64,000 bases of DNA from Candidatus Freyarchaeum deiterrae (GTDB taxonomy: Archaea > Asgardarchaeota > Jordiarchaeia > Jordiarchaeales > Jordiarchaeaceae): positions 1,120,001 to 1,184,000 of the forward strand of contig CP147778.1 in assembly GCA_037305845.1 (NCBI GenBank). The letters run 5' to 3'. Shown here piece by piece: positions 1 through 10,488 of the stretch. Each line of letters starts with the position of its first letter. Positions within the stretch are counted from its first letter, which is position 1. The notes under the pieces are model-generated. The model saw nothing but the letters and a program-made list of their open reading frames with translations, was not told the origin of the DNA and searched no databases. The translations under genes were made by a program, and so were the position numbers.

Positions 1-1112
1 TCACGAACAAAAAATCCATTGTCTATTTCAGCTATCATTTCATCGGAAGTTTTATCTCCATTTTCAACGCATAAGTTTGTAGGGGCTATTATCGGCGTTG
101 TTGCGTAACCCCTTCTTCTCGCGTTTCCGGTTGATTGGGTTTTGGCTTTCCTCCCGAAGTAGTTGTCAAAAATAAAATTTTTCAGGATTCCTTTTTCAAT
201 AATTGATGTTTTTTGGGCTGGTGTACCTTCTCCATCAAAGGCTGAAGTACTGAGACCTTTTTCCATTGTTCCATCGTCGTCTATAGTCAAAGTTTCGGAC
301 GCAACCAGTGTATTTTTTTTGTCTTTATAGGCGGATTTATCTCGGATAACGTTATCACCGCTAATTGTTGGGATTAAAGTGTAACTTAAAAGACTTACCA
401 AGGCATCCTGAGACAATATGACTGTATAGTTTCCTGTCTCCGCTTTTTTAGGTTTAAGTGAATCGACTGCCAGCTTGGCTGCTTCTCGGCCAACATTTTC
501 AGGATTAATGTTAAAAGAACGCTTGTAATCAGCCTCGCTGCATTCAGTTGAAACTGTGCTACCTTCTTGGGCTATAGTTCCCATCATACAGCCCATCGCT
601 GTGCTTTTTTCGCATCCTTCTACTCCATGGCTGTTTATTATGGCGGATATTGCATGTCCTGAACCCGCTCCTCCCCAGTAGGGCATCACTCTTTTATCGT
701 ACTCACTGGCTGCTTGAAGCATTCTACCAGTTATTTCGACCATGTCTTCTGCCATAAGTTCGGGTATTCTTTTGTCATATATTCCTCTAACTACTGGGAA
801 AGAACTAGGATAGGGAAGTTCAGACCAATTATTGTCTGGTTTACTGGATTTAGCGATTTGTATTGTTTTTTCGGTGATTTCTTTCAGCTTCTTTTCGTCC
901 AAACTATTGCAGAAACCGAAACCAACGGTTTTATTGACTATGACACGAATCCCAACTCCACTGTCTATGATGCTACTACTACTTGTTATCTGTCCAAGCC
1001 TAACTTCTATTTCAAAGGATTTACCTGATGCAACAAACAATTCTACTTCATCTGCACCCATTTGCTCCGCAAAAGAAATCATGCCTTCTACTTTACCTAA
1101 TATTTCGCTCAT
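1..1112 (-). CDS. tldE: TldE/PmbA family protein (3' end runs off window)
   Basis: Read manually from ATG 1112: MSEILGKVEG...GVGIRVIVNKTVGFG...FDGEGTPAQKTSIIEKGIL...STGNARR. Lies directly downstream of tldD. Confidence 0.88.
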   Translation of the reverse strand, partial: MSEILGKVEGMISFAEQMGADEVELFVASGKSFEIEVRLGQITSSSSIIDSGVGIRVIVNKTVGFGFCNSLDEKKLKEITEKTIQIAKSSKPDNNWSELPYPSSFPVVRGIYDKRIPELMAEDMVEITGRMLQAASEYDKRVMPYWGGAGSGHAISAIINSHGVEGCEKSTAMGCMMGTIAQEGSTVSTECSEADYKRSFNINPENVGREAAKLAVDSLKPKKAETGNYTVILSQDALVSLLSYTLIPTISGDNVIRDKSAYKDKKNTLVASETLTIDDDGTMEKGLSTSAFDGEGTPAQKTSIIEKGILKNFIFDNYFGRKAKTQSTGNARRRGYATTPIIAPTNLCVENGDKTSDEMIAEIDNGFFVR

Positions 1113-2537
1113 TTAATCCACTCCACCAACAATGAGGTTTTTAACCCTAATAGGAGGCCCTCCATCTCCCACAAAAGCAGTCTGCCCTTTTCCGCAACGG
1201 CCACTATACATTTCAAAATTCTTCCCTATTGCATCTACCTGCTTCAACGTTTCCAAAGTGTTCCCGCTTATCGAAGCATTTCTTACCGGCGCACCTAGTT
1301 CACCGTTTACGATTTCATAAGCCTCTTGAATTCCTACCTGAAAGGTTCCATCGAGATTAGCTTGACCCCCTCTAAAACTTACTAGATAGTATCCGAAATT
1401 GATGCCTTCAAGAAGCTCTTCGAAGGTATAATCTCGAGGCTCTATGAAAGTGTTTCGCATTCTAATTAATGGAAATACTCGAAAATCCTCAGCGCGTGCA
1501 TTTCCAGTTGGTTTAACATTGAATTGTCCAACCATTTCAGTTGGCACCATCAAGTTTCTAAGCTTCTGCATTTTTGATGAATGTTCCCTATCGTACATTA
1601 ATCCTACTACACATCCTTCCTTTAAAAGAACTGTTTTCTGAGACCGCACACCCTCGTCATCGTATTTGAAGCTCCCGAAACCGCCATCAATTGTACCATC
1701 ATCATATATTGTAACGAGGGGTGATGCAATCTTCAATCCTAAATTTTTCGCTAGGACACTTCCAGAAATTGTAAGATCCGCCTCGGCAAGATGACCAAAG
1801 GCTTCGTGTGCGAATGTGCCAGTTACGTCTGGACCCAGAACGACGGTAAAAGGCCCTCCTTTCGGAGGCTTAGCCTTAATCTGATTCATAACGCGTTTTG
1901 CGAGGCGCTCACCTATACTCTCCGGTGGTTCTTTTCTCAAAAATCCAAAACCTTTGGTGGATCCCAGCTCTTCTCTACTGGACGCAAATACATCGCCTTT
2001 CCGCCCGGTGGCTACTATTCTGCTCCAGACGTAGAGAACATCTTGCTCAATAACGGTTCCCTCACTGTTAACATACCATTTTTTTCCAGTCATGTCAGCG
2101 TAATCTATAGTGCAGCTCCGGATAATCTTGTTATAGTTTAGAATATAGTCATTGAGGGTGAAAAAAAGTTTCAATTTTTCTTCGATGTGAATGTCTTTAG
2201 GATCCTCATCGGGCTTTATTACCACCTGGTCTTCAACCGTTTCACTTTCGGAGAGTGTTACTGGTTCTCGGATATGTCTGCTTGTGGTAATCGCCATTTT
2301 AACAGCCTTTTCGGTTGCCTCCCTTAATTCAGCTTCGGTGTTAACGGTGGAGAATCCCCAACTTCCATGAGCCAAAACTCTGATGGCGAAACCTGAATCA
2401 ATCCCCTGTTTAACAGACTCTACTCTTCCATCTTCTATATGGAAAATAGTTTCATCTGAGCTTTGCATTCTAACTTCCATAAAGTCGGATCCTAGTTTTT
2501 GAGCATAATCAACAATGTCTATCAGTAAATCCCTCAA
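1113..2537 (-). CDS. tldD: TldD family metalloprotease
   Basis: HEAFGH motif, YDDEG, TGNARA, CGKGQ. Probable TTG start at 2537 after GGAGGT. Confidence 0.92.
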   Translation of the reverse strand: MRDLLIDIVDYAQKLGSDFMEVRMQSSDETIFHIEDGRVESVKQGIDSGFAIRVLAHGSWGFSTVNTEAELREATEKAVKMAITTSRHIREPVTLSESETVEDQVVIKPDEDPKDIHIEEKLKLFFTLNDYILNYNKIIRSCTIDYADMTGKKWYVNSEGTVIEQDVLYVWSRIVATGRKGDVFASSREELGSTKGFGFLRKEPPESIGERLAKRVMNQIKAKPPKGGPFTVVLGPDVTGTFAHEAFGHLAEADLTISGSVLAKNLGLKIASPLVTIYDDGTIDGGFGSFKYDDEGVRSQKTVLLKEGCVVGLMYDREHSSKMQKLRNLMVPTEMVGQFNVKPTGNARAEDFRVFPLIRMRNTFIEPRDYTFEELLEGINFGYYLVSFRGGQANLDGTFQVGIQEAYEIVNGELGAPVRNASISGNTLETLKQVDAIGKNFEMYSGRCGKGQTAFVGDGGPPIRVKNLIVGGVD

Positions 2538-2693
2538 GATGAGACCTCCCAATTTTTAAAATAATTTTGCGTAAACTTTGATTGAAGCAATAAGAAAAGG
2601 ATAATAATGATATTTTTGTCTCTAAAAGGGGAGAGCAATGGCTATAAGAGTATCGCATAACTATTAAAAATAGGAAAACTCGGGGTTTCAAAA

Positions 2694-3509
2694 ATGGCAA
2701 CAGTAAGAGTAGCCGCGATACAGATTTCTAAAAAAGAAACAAAGGAAAAAAACATCGAGATAGCATACAAATTAGCTAAACAGGCAGCTAATAAAGAAGT
2801 TGACATTATCTGTTTTCCAGAGAAGTGGAATATCAAGGAAGGAGACCCATTAAAAGATTCCGAGGATGAGGATGGACCAAGCATAAAATGTCTTGAAAAA
2901 ATTGCCAGCGAAAACGGGATCTACGTACTTGGCGGCTCAATTTGGGAGAAAGAGGATGAAAAGTATTACAACAAATCCAGACTATTTGATAGAAATGGAA
3001 ACTGTATTGGTTTGCATAGGAAAATCCATCTTTACAAATTTGAAAAAGCGGTTTTTACTCCAGGAGACAAGTTGGAGACTTGTAACACCGAATTTGGCAA
3101 GGTGGGAATGCCCATATGCTTCGATTTGGTTTTTCCCGAAGTTGCTAGAATATTGACGTTAAAAGGTGCTGACATAATTTTGAATCCTTCTTTTATAGTA
3201 TCATCAGGCATAGAGAATTGGCATATTTATCTAAAGGCTAGGGCTCTTGAAAACAGGATGCCCATAGTTTCCGTTAATGCGGTTAGTAATGAACGAGGTG
3301 AAGTATGGCCTGGCCATAGTTTGATAATAGGTTTTAAGGAAGGATTCGAAAGTCCTTCCAAGCTGGAACTAATAGAGGGGTCTAATAAAGAGAAAATTAT
3401 CACCGCGAACCTGAATTTGGATTACGCCCGCAAAATTAGAGAGATTCGACTAGCGGAACGGAGCGAAATAGACAAGAAAATCTTTGATAGTCTTAAATCT
3501 GAAAAATGA
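2694..3509 (+). CDS. Carbon-nitrogen hydrolase (nitrilase family)
   Basis: FPE, RKIHL and ICFDLVFPE catalytic motifs; RALEN. Confidence 0.9.
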   Translation: MATVRVAAIQISKKETKEKNIEIAYKLAKQAANKEVDIICFPEKWNIKEGDPLKDSEDEDGPSIKCLEKIASENGIYVLGGSIWEKEDEKYYNKSRLFDRNGNCIGLHRKIHLYKFEKAVFTPGDKLETCNTEFGKVGMPICFDLVFPEVARILTLKGADIILNPSFIVSSGIENWHIYLKARALENRMPIVSVNAVSNERGEVWPGHSLIIGFKEGFESPSKLELIEGSNKEKIITANLNLDYARKIREIRLAERSEIDKKIFDSLKSEK

Positions 3510-3586
3510 AAAAAATCGGAAACATCTGATGATAATGGTGAGCCATACAATAAATTTTCCAAAGCAACTGTGAGGATTATTGCTAA

Positions 3587-4081
3587 TTAATCCTCAATTT
3601 TTATTGTTAGTCTGCACTGCGGACGCTTCTTAGTTATTAATCTATGACAGGTCACAGTAGCATGGGGGTTGATTATTTTTGCTGCAGCGTTTTCCCCTTC
3701 AGAGAATATTTCACAAATTTCCGTTGAATTCTTGATTCGAATAATAGGGCAATTTTTTATGTCAACTTCACAGTTTTTTGAATTGAGTTCTAGAATATGA
3801 TAGTCTTCCCCAAGAAGCGCACGCCTCGATATAATAAGTGAAGCAATCGAAACCGCGTCGTTGCTTGATATGTTAAAGAATTGTTTATAACCCATGAGTA
3901 GGCTACTCAATCTATTTTTAATCAGTTCTTTACAAAATCCGAGACCCTTGTCTCCAAATTCATCAATAGTCGAGGTTACGAATGCTATACTCCAGTCCTG
4001 TAACTCCATTCTTAATAGCAATACCTTTTCCTGTTCTGAAAGTTCACGCACCAAAGCATTTTTCTGCGCTTTCTCCTCCAA
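3587..4081 (-). CDS. Hypothetical protein, V4R/ATC-hydrolase-like ligand-binding fold
   Basis: NCP...CEIF...C.L pattern; TTG start after GGAGGT. Confidence 0.55.
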   Translation of the reverse strand: MEEKAQKNALVRELSEQEKVLLLRMELQDWSIAFVTSTIDEFGDKGLGFCKELIKNRLSSLLMGYKQFFNISSNDAVSIASLIISRRALLGEDYHILELNSKNCEVDIKNCPIIRIKNSTEICEIFSEGENAAAKIINPHATVTCHRLITKKRPQCRLTIKIED

Positions 4082-4299
4082 GAATTTACCTCCACGAATC
4101 TTAAAGAACCGTTTTTGCATGATAGTCTTAAAATTACTTATGTGAGATTTAATAACTTTAAAATAGTTAACTCTTATTGTTTGTTTATGACCAAAAATAT
4201 AAATATAAACGCGAAAGATTCACTTCTTCCGTATAATTAACCATAGAAATGCTTTTAATGGGGCTAACGCTTGTTTGTTATTAATCGGTGGTGAGAATA

Positions 4300-4578
4300 G
4301 TGAGTAAGAAAAAATGGACTAAGGAAGCTAAACCGGCCGAAAAGGAAGTTAGGAAAGTAGTATTGGACGAGGAACTAAAATCAACTATGGAAGAAGAAAT
4401 TCCAAAAATGAAGCTAGTTACCCCCTCAATCATATCAGGAAAGTACAAAATTCGAGTAAGCACTGCAAAAGAAGTAATCAGTGATTTGGAGCACAAAGGA
4501 AAACTAAAGATGGTAGAAGAAAATCATAGATTGAAAGTATACACAGCACCAGCGAAGGGTAAAGAAGAAGCTAGCTAA
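4300..4578 (+). CDS. rps25e: 30S ribosomal protein S25e
   Basis: KKKWTK, IPKMKLVTPSIIS, IRVSTAK..I.DL..KG, VYT. GTG start after GGTGGTGA. Confidence 0.9.
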   Translation: MSKKKWTKEAKPAEKEVRKVVLDEELKSTMEEEIPKMKLVTPSIISGKYKIRVSTAKEVISDLEHKGKLKMVEENHRLKVYTAPAKGKEEAS

Positions 4579-4728
4579 AAAACTTAGTAAGACATTGATG
4601 ATAACGAAAAAGTGTTAAGCTTTCAAACATAATTATTTTAAAAATAAATTCAAATTACATCCGTTTATTATCCTTCGATTTTTTCATCCTATCGACTTTT
4701 TAGAGAGGGAAGCTCTCTTAAAAGATTT

Positions 4729-5190
4729 TTATCTTATTATGAACGCGCTTTTTATTTCTTCACTTACCAGTAAGTAAATCAGTATCAATATGTTTACAGC
4801 AACTAGGGGAAGTGCCATTAAGTCTGATAGAATAAGCGCCGATACAAAAAAGCCTAAGACGGATAGAACTATTGCTAAATAATAGGCCCAGCGCTTAAGA
4901 TTGGAAAATGTGTAGAAAACTACGATGCTAAAAACACCCCAGGTTATCAGGAAAACAAACCTGAAAAAGTTAATATTTATCCAGATATTTAGCATATAGC
5001 TTGAGCCAGAGACCAAAATACTGGATGCGGGGTCTATTGAGATGGGTAAGAGTAAAACGGTAATTGACAGATAGTTTCCGAGTTGTGCCCAAAATAACAA
5101 TGTGTATATTCCAAAAAAGAGCATCACAATACCTTGAATAAGGATAATAAGAGAAACTAAAGCAACATTTAAAGGTTGTTTTCCGACCAT
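4729..5190 (-). CDS. Membrane protein (about 4 TM)
   Basis: Hydrophobic helices; LKRWAY. Confidence 0.7.
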   Translation of the reverse strand: MVGKQPLNVALVSLIILIQGIVMLFFGIYTLLFWAQLGNYLSITVLLLPISIDPASSILVSGSSYMLNIWININFFRFVFLITWGVFSIVVFYTFSNLKRWAYYLAIVLSVLGFFVSALILSDLMALPLVAVNILILIYLLVSEEIKSAFIIR

Positions 5191-5486
5191 TTTTCCAACC
5201 CTGATGACTCGTTGATATCTTTTTGGCGTTTACACATTTAAGTTTGATTGTCCAAACCCCTATTAAATAATTTGGTAAATTCAAAATGTAAGGGCGTCAT
5301 AAATTTTTTTTACCTATTATATTTTTTATTAATATAAAAATAGTGTTTTAACATAAATCGCCAGATGAAAAAAAAGAGTGAAAAATATTTGAGTTTAAAA
5401 AAGAAAAATTTAAATGGTTAACGAAACAAAAATAAGTAACAACATAACACTCCTTCTGATAAAGAGGGTACAAGGGAGGTCTTTTA

Positions 5487-5834
5487 ATGGCTAAACAGGC
5501 AAAAAAGAAAAACAAGGAAGAAACTGTACCAGAAGAGAATATGGTTTTTATTGGAAAAAAACCGACAAAGTAGATTCACGTTAGTGTTCTACGTCGAATG
5601 AGTTACGTTCTGGCTTGCGTTATTCAGTTTAATCAGGGTGCGAAAGAAGTAAGAGTTGTGGCGCGTGGAAGGGCGATTTCCAAGGCTGTTGATGTTGCGG
5701 AGATCGTACGCCAGCGTTTCTTGCCTGAGGGTGTAAAATTGGGTAAGATTACTATGGGCACCGAGATTATGGGAGCTAGTGCTGACGAAAAACGTAATGT
5801 TTCCACTATTGATATTCAACTCCTAAAAGCTTAA
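5487..5834 (+). CDS. albA: DNA/RNA-binding protein Alba, intron-split: join(5487..5568,5599..5834), 105 aa
   Basis: GGAGGT then ATG 5487. Exon 1 ends ...[10 protein letters not shown]; exon 2 gives MSYVLA...[16 protein letters not shown]...NVSTIDI. Splicing restores GKKPTMSYVLA. Confidence 0.92.
5569..5598 (+). other. 30-nt BHB intron in alba
   Basis: CGAC-AA^A-GTAGA...TCTAC-GTCG-AA^T; contains in-frame TAG. Confidence 0.88.
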
Positions 5835-6025
5835 AAGGTCTGAATCGGAATATTTCCTAGGAGTATGGTACTATACAAGTGGAAGTCCTATTAATTTGAA
5901 CCGAGTTACTCCAGTTTTTTTAGAATTGTAAGGTTTGTAAGAATTTTTTATAACTGTAATTCGTTCAAATAGAAAATATATAGCAATAAAAGTTGAATTA
6001 ATATAAATTATTACGGGGTTAAATA

Positions 6026-6388
6026 TTGCCAAATATTGAGTATGAAAAAACAGGTAAGAAAACTAGTATACATAGTGACTCAATTCCAATAGAAACGAAG
6101 ACTCTCGAGGATGTTAGGTGCGGAAACTGCGGATTGCCTCTCCTTATCCATGTTTTTTGGAGAGGTGAGAAGTACGAGCGCATAGTTGAGTGTAAGAAAT
6201 GTGAGATAAGTTTCTCGCTGGAAGGAAATCATAAACCTATCGATACAAAAGCAAATCCTGTGGGTAGTAATGTAAATCCTATTGATGCTAAAACAAATCC
6301 TGCTAAAGAGGCCAAACCAAAACCAGCTAAGAAGAGTAACGATGACAAAAAGGAAAGTATGGTGGATCGGCTTGTTCGATCATGGTGA
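6026..6388 (+). CDS. Small Zn-ribbon protein with Lys/Pro-rich tail
   Basis: CGNC and CKKC pairs; internal NPIDxKxNP repeat. Confidence 0.6.
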   Translation: MPNIEYEKTGKKTSIHSDSIPIETKTLEDVRCGNCGLPLLIHVFWRGEKYERIVECKKCEISFSLEGNHKPIDTKANPVGSNVNPIDAKTNPAKEAKPKPAKKSNDDKKESMVDRLVRSW

Positions 6389-6436
6389 TGGAAGAAAGAT
6401 GGCTTGAGATTTAATTTTTTATAGGCTAGTGAAGTC

Positions 6437-7018
6437 ATGGTAGAAAAGGTCAGATTCGAGTGTGTTAAGTGTGGTAATTGTTGCAGGGATAAGAATTTCA
6501 TAATAACAATTACGGATAAGGATACTTTTCTACTGGCTAATCATTTAAAATGTGATCTTAAAGAACTTTTATCGAAGTATATTGGTTTTTATCAGGTTAG
6601 GAAAGAACTTGAAAACAGACTAGTTTTTCCAGCTATTTCAACATATAGAGGTAATGCTTTCCTGGGATTAAGAAAGAAGAGCGATGGTTCCTGTTTGTTT
6701 TTGAGGGATGATAATCTTTGCGGAATTTATGCAGCTAGACCTATGGTGTGCCGAAGTTTCCCTTTTACTTTTGAAGTTAAGGAGGGATGGCTTTCTTGGG
6801 GTCTAATGGCGAAAGCGGAGGAGATTTGCCCAGGATTGGGACAGGGTGAAATAGTCTCTGAGGAAAGTTTAGAAAAGATGGGGAGAGAAATAATTAGGAA
6901 CCTTAAGGAGTACAGAAAAGTAGTTTCAATTTGGAACCATCACGCAAAAGTTGAGCAGCTAGACCCGGCCTTACTGGTGAAGACATTTCTCGAAGAAGCA
7001 AATCTTACTCCTCAATAA
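6437..7018 (+). CDS. YkgJ family cysteine-cluster (Fe-S/Zn) protein
   Basis: FECVKCGNCC, CLFL, CGIYAARPMVCRSFPF, CPGLG. Confidence 0.88.
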   Translation: MVEKVRFECVKCGNCCRDKNFIITITDKDTFLLANHLKCDLKELLSKYIGFYQVRKELENRLVFPAISTYRGNAFLGLRKKSDGSCLFLRDDNLCGIYAARPMVCRSFPFTFEVKEGWLSWGLMAKAEEICPGLGQGEIVSEESLEKMGREIIRNLKEYRKVVSIWNHHAKVEQLDPALLVKTFLEEANLTPQ

Positions 7019-7263
7019 ACTTAACAAAATATTTTTGCCAGTTAGAGAAGACTAAAATTTTGGGATAAGCGTTAATTTTGCATCAAGTTAAAAGAACTGT
7101 TAAAAAAATTAGATAATTTTAGCTCATTACCTAGGGCGAGATTGATATTAAAAATTAAATTTTGAGGCTTAAATCTATTTTTTTAGAGTTGAGGATAATA
7201 TTTAATAGCATAATTAACCATAATAAATTGGCTCTTCTTGAATTGTTGGGGAGTGAGTCAATA

Positions 7264-7767
7264 TTGAAATTAGAGGAAGCGGCTCGGAAGGCTATAGACC
7301 TTTTAAGAGAAGCAGGCGAAAGTGGAATATATAATATCGAACTTGCGCAAAAACTAAAAGTTCCAAAACGGCGCGTTTATGACATAGTGAATCCTCTTAA
7401 ACCCTTGGGGCTAGTCGAAATAAAAAAGGAAAGGGGAAAAACAAAAATCTGCTGGGCGGGGAAAACCGAGGCGGTACTTAAACCAGAAAAAGAGAAGATT
7501 CAAGAAAAAGAAAAAAATCTCGTAAAAATTGAAACCGTAAAGCTGGTAGAAGATAATCCGCTCATTGAATCAGTTACAGGAGATCAGGGAGAAGAAGGTT
7601 TTAAATTCAATTGTGCGGCGTTAAGAATAAGTTGCGGCAACGCGTTAAAAGCTTGTAGAGTGTATCACGATGGATTCGAGGTAGTTGTTGAAACTGATGG
7701 AGGGAACTTGTTAGTGAAGCCTAACTCCCTGAAACCGAAGACTCCAAAAGTAAAATCAGTATTTTAA
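7264..7767 (+). CDS. E2F/DP-like winged-helix DNA-binding protein
   Basis: LAQKLKVPKRRVYDIVNPLKPLGLVE...ICWAG matches the E2F RRxYDxxNxL signature. Likely TTG start at 7264. Confidence 0.72.
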   Translation: MKLEEAARKAIDLLREAGESGIYNIELAQKLKVPKRRVYDIVNPLKPLGLVEIKKERGKTKICWAGKTEAVLKPEKEKIQEKEKNLVKIETVKLVEDNPLIESVTGDQGEEGFKFNCAALRISCGNALKACRVYHDGFEVVVETDGGNLLVKPNSLKPKTPKVKSVF

Positions 7768-7843
7768 TCTTTAAAAATAGCCGAAAAAATTCATAAACTG
7801 AAAAGAACTGGAGTAGTCTTGAAGTAGGGGTTATAACAAAATT

Positions 7844-8221
7844 TTAAACAAGTTCCATTTTTATTCTGCTGCCTCTCTTTACTTTTTCAAATATTTCTAG
7901 ATTGCTAGTGATTTTCCCCACAATGTTTACTTGGGAATAAGGCTCAACTTCTTCAAAAAAGATGCACAATGAATCACCTTGACTCCAATAAGCTAAGGCG
8001 CCCTTCTCAACTTTTTTTGTGGGTTTCTCTAATCCCTTCTTTATACTCACAGGAAAATAAATTTCCTTTCCTTTCCAGATGTTTACTACACTAGAAATTG
8101 GAAGAGCATCTCGGAGCGCCTCTACTGTTCGAGAAGCATAAATTCTGTTTAGCTCACCCTCAGCTTCGCCTACTCTCTCGACAATAAATTTTACCCTAAA
8201 CCTTGACAAACTCTCAGACAT
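7844..8221 (-). CDS. Cyclophilin-like fold protein (DUF369-like)
   Basis: LPI.S.V..W..EIYF, GALAYW.QG.SLCIFF, VNIVGKI. Confidence 0.8.
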   Translation of the reverse strand: MSESLSRFRVKFIVERVGEAEGELNRIYASRTVEALRDALPISSVVNIWKGKEIYFPVSIKKGLEKPTKKVEKGALAYWSQGDSLCIFFEEVEPYSQVNIVGKITSNLEIFEKVKRGSRIKMELV

Positions 8222-8407
8222 AGTTGGTTACCCGAATTATTTTTCTGTGCAGAAGTAAATAAAAAAGTTTCCCATATTATTTTGTGAAACATGACACGAA
8301 GATTTCGGAGATTATTAATTTTAAAACTTTCTTAGGGAAAGAATTCAAACTCTCTTTTCTGAGCATAAACGAACTCCGGCATAACCTGTGTAGGAATTTG
8401 CGTTTTT

Positions 8408-9787
8408 TTAGAGGTAGTCTATTCCATTTTCTTTTTTGCACAAGAATTTTTCGTGGCACCATGTGAAAGATTTGTGTTTTTTGTAGATTTTGTCTATAGA
8501 ATCTATGATTTTTTCTGAAACGTTGGAACCATAAATTTTTGGAGCTTTTTTCATTATGCTAGGGACATCATTCTTGTAAATGTAATATATGAAGTCCGCT
8601 AGATTCTCTAAGGGTGGTGTGAGTATGTTTGATTCAGACATGACGGATTCTGGTCTATCCGTGTTGAAGCGACAGGTTAATGATGCGCATTCATCAATCA
8701 AATTAAGTTCTTCTTGCTGGGATCCACTATCTGTGAGACTTGCCCAGCAGTGTCCAGAGCGGAAGAATTCAATTACATTACCGTAACTTTTCCACAGAGG
8801 AGTGAATAAAAAGTTACCATTCTCTTCGGATAGTTTTTTGATCAAGTCGGTTAGACCATAATGTGTAAGTCCTGTCTTCATGGCGGTTAATTCCACAAGG
8901 CAGACGTTCATTTTGTAGTCTAAAACAAGTTTTTTTATAGCGTTAACAATGTTTTTGAATCGGGTTTCCGTGAGGTTATCTCGACGGTGCATATCAATTC
9001 TCAACCAATTATCCTGCTCAAGTTGAGGGTATATATCAAAAATACTATTTTCCGGTTTGTGATTTTTGGTGTACTCTACAGCATCTACCACACTGTTACC
9101 ACAAATTGGAATTAATTCGGGATCATACCCTTCACGAACAAGGTTCTCATAGTTAATTTCGTGTGGTGCAATAAAGCAGAAGGAACTTGAACCACATATA
9201 AAGGTGTCAATTTGTTCGGGGAATGGTTCATTTCTATCAATACACCAATCCGAAGTCCACTGACCGTTTGTAAATTCTTCAAAATCAATTGCCCCCTTCA
9301 CAAAATCAAACATGGAGCGGGGGTACATACCTCTTAATCCAGCTTCATTTTGAACACATTTTCTTCCCAGACCATAACTCCAGGCCAAGGGTACGACTCC
9401 AGCGGTTAATGTATCGCCGTGCACGCAGGGTATGAATTCTGTTTCGGGATAATTCTTTTTCAGATACCTGCCCAATTTTACCGTTTTAGAAAAGAGGTCA
9501 ACAAACTTGTCCGCCATGTCACCACGAATATTTAGATTCGCTACGAAACGTTCGTCTAAATGAAATTCTTTTAAACCGTGCCCTAAAAGCTCATCGAAGT
9601 GTTGGCCTGTGTGAACTACTCCGACAGGTTTCCCCTGTTTCTCACACTCAAGAACTAGGGGGAATTGCTTATAAAAATCAGGCTTAGTTGCCACAGTCAC
9701 TAAGAGTACATAGTCTTCGGTGGCGAGTTCCTTGATTCTATCTTCATAGATTTCTGGTTTTTGCAGGTTGATGTCCCACGAGCTCAA
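8408..9787 (-). CDS. wecB: UDP-N-acetylglucosamine 2-epimerase family
   Basis: TKPDFYK, HTGQH, VHGDT, EAGLR, TDSGSQQEE, TDRPE. Confidence 0.85.
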   Translation of the reverse strand: MSSWDINLQKPEIYEDRIKELATEDYVLLVTVATKPDFYKQFPLVLECEKQGKPVGVVHTGQHFDELLGHGLKEFHLDERFVANLNIRGDMADKFVDLFSKTVKLGRYLKKNYPETEFIPCVHGDTLTAGVVPLAWSYGLGRKCVQNEAGLRGMYPRSMFDFVKGAIDFEEFTNGQWTSDWCIDRNEPFPEQIDTFICGSSSFCFIAPHEINYENLVREGYDPELIPICGNSVVDAVEYTKNHKPENSIFDIYPQLEQDNWLRIDMHRRDNLTETRFKNIVNAIKKLVLDYKMNVCLVELTAMKTGLTHYGLTDLIKKLSEENGNFLFTPLWKSYGNVIEFFRSGHCWASLTDSGSQQEELNLIDECASLTCRFNTDRPESVMSESNILTPPLENLADFIYYIYKNDVPSIMKKAPKIYGSNVSEKIIDSIDKIYKKHKSFTWCHEKFLCKKENGIDYL

Positions 9788-10104
9788 GTTAAATGCCCCT
9801 TTCCCAATTTTTAACGGGATAGAACTAACTACTGACTGTAATCGTATTAATATTGGAGATATAAGATTAACTTAAAAGCTTTGGAAGAGGCAAATTGGAG
9901 TTTCAGATATTTGCTTTGATATTTTTTAAAGTAAAAGAACTATTTTTATTTTATTTCATTTGAGTTAAATTTATGTGTTTTAATACAAAAAAATTATTCG
10001 TGTAAAGAGTTAAATGTTTACTTATTGAAAAAACTTAATTGGTTTCAAACTAATATATAATAATAGACAACTTACCAAAATGATTAAAAAGTGAGGGTTG
10101 TTCT

Positions 10105-10488
10105 TTGCAAGTAACCTCTAGACTTGAAGCCCTTCAAAAACTCCTTGAGAGGATTACGAAGGAAGGTTCCCTAAAAGCTTGCGTCGTCTCTTCAATTGAA
10201 GGCTTTGTTATGGCATCCGCAGAGTCTACGGGATTTGATAAAAAAATCGCGGCGGCAATAGCTTCCTTCGCATTCTCAGCAGCTAAGAAGACAAAAAGTG
10301 AATTGGGGCTTGGAGATTTGAGGGATGTTTTAATAAGATGCACAGAAGGCAAAGCTGTTTTCAGGGCGGTAGAGGTATCTCCGAGTGAATCATTTATACT
10401 CTCAGCCATTATTCCTCCTCAAACCAGATATTATAACAGAAGAATCAATATGGCCGCGCGGGAAATTAAAAAACTCTTTTTAGAGTAG
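10105..10488 (+). CDS. Roadblock/LC7 domain protein
   Basis: VVSSIEGFVMAS...IAAAIAS...ELGLGDLRDVLIRCTEG. Confidence 0.85.
   Translation: MQVTSRLEALQKLLERITKEGSLKACVVSSIEGFVMASAESTGFDKKIAAAIASFAFSAAKKTKSELGLGDLRDVLIRCTEGKAVFRAVEVSPSESFILSAIIPPQTRYYNRRINMAAREIKKLFLE

Noticed and set aside
1510-1590. Apparent ~15-aa insertion in TldD as a fourth, in-frame intron
   Set aside because: Local hairpins exist, but I found no 4-bp helix flanked by two 3-nt bulges at suitable positions.
5570-5573. Pyrrolysine or Sec readthrough of the in-frame stops in alba and hdrC
   Set aside because: Readthrough would insert 10-13 residues into conserved motifs, hdrC would need both TAG and TGA read through, and the mvhD case is a frameshift. 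BHB splicing explains all three exactly.
5835-5920. tRNA or other ncRNA downstream of alba
   Set aside because: Short complementary segments only; no cloverleaf or box motifs I can support.
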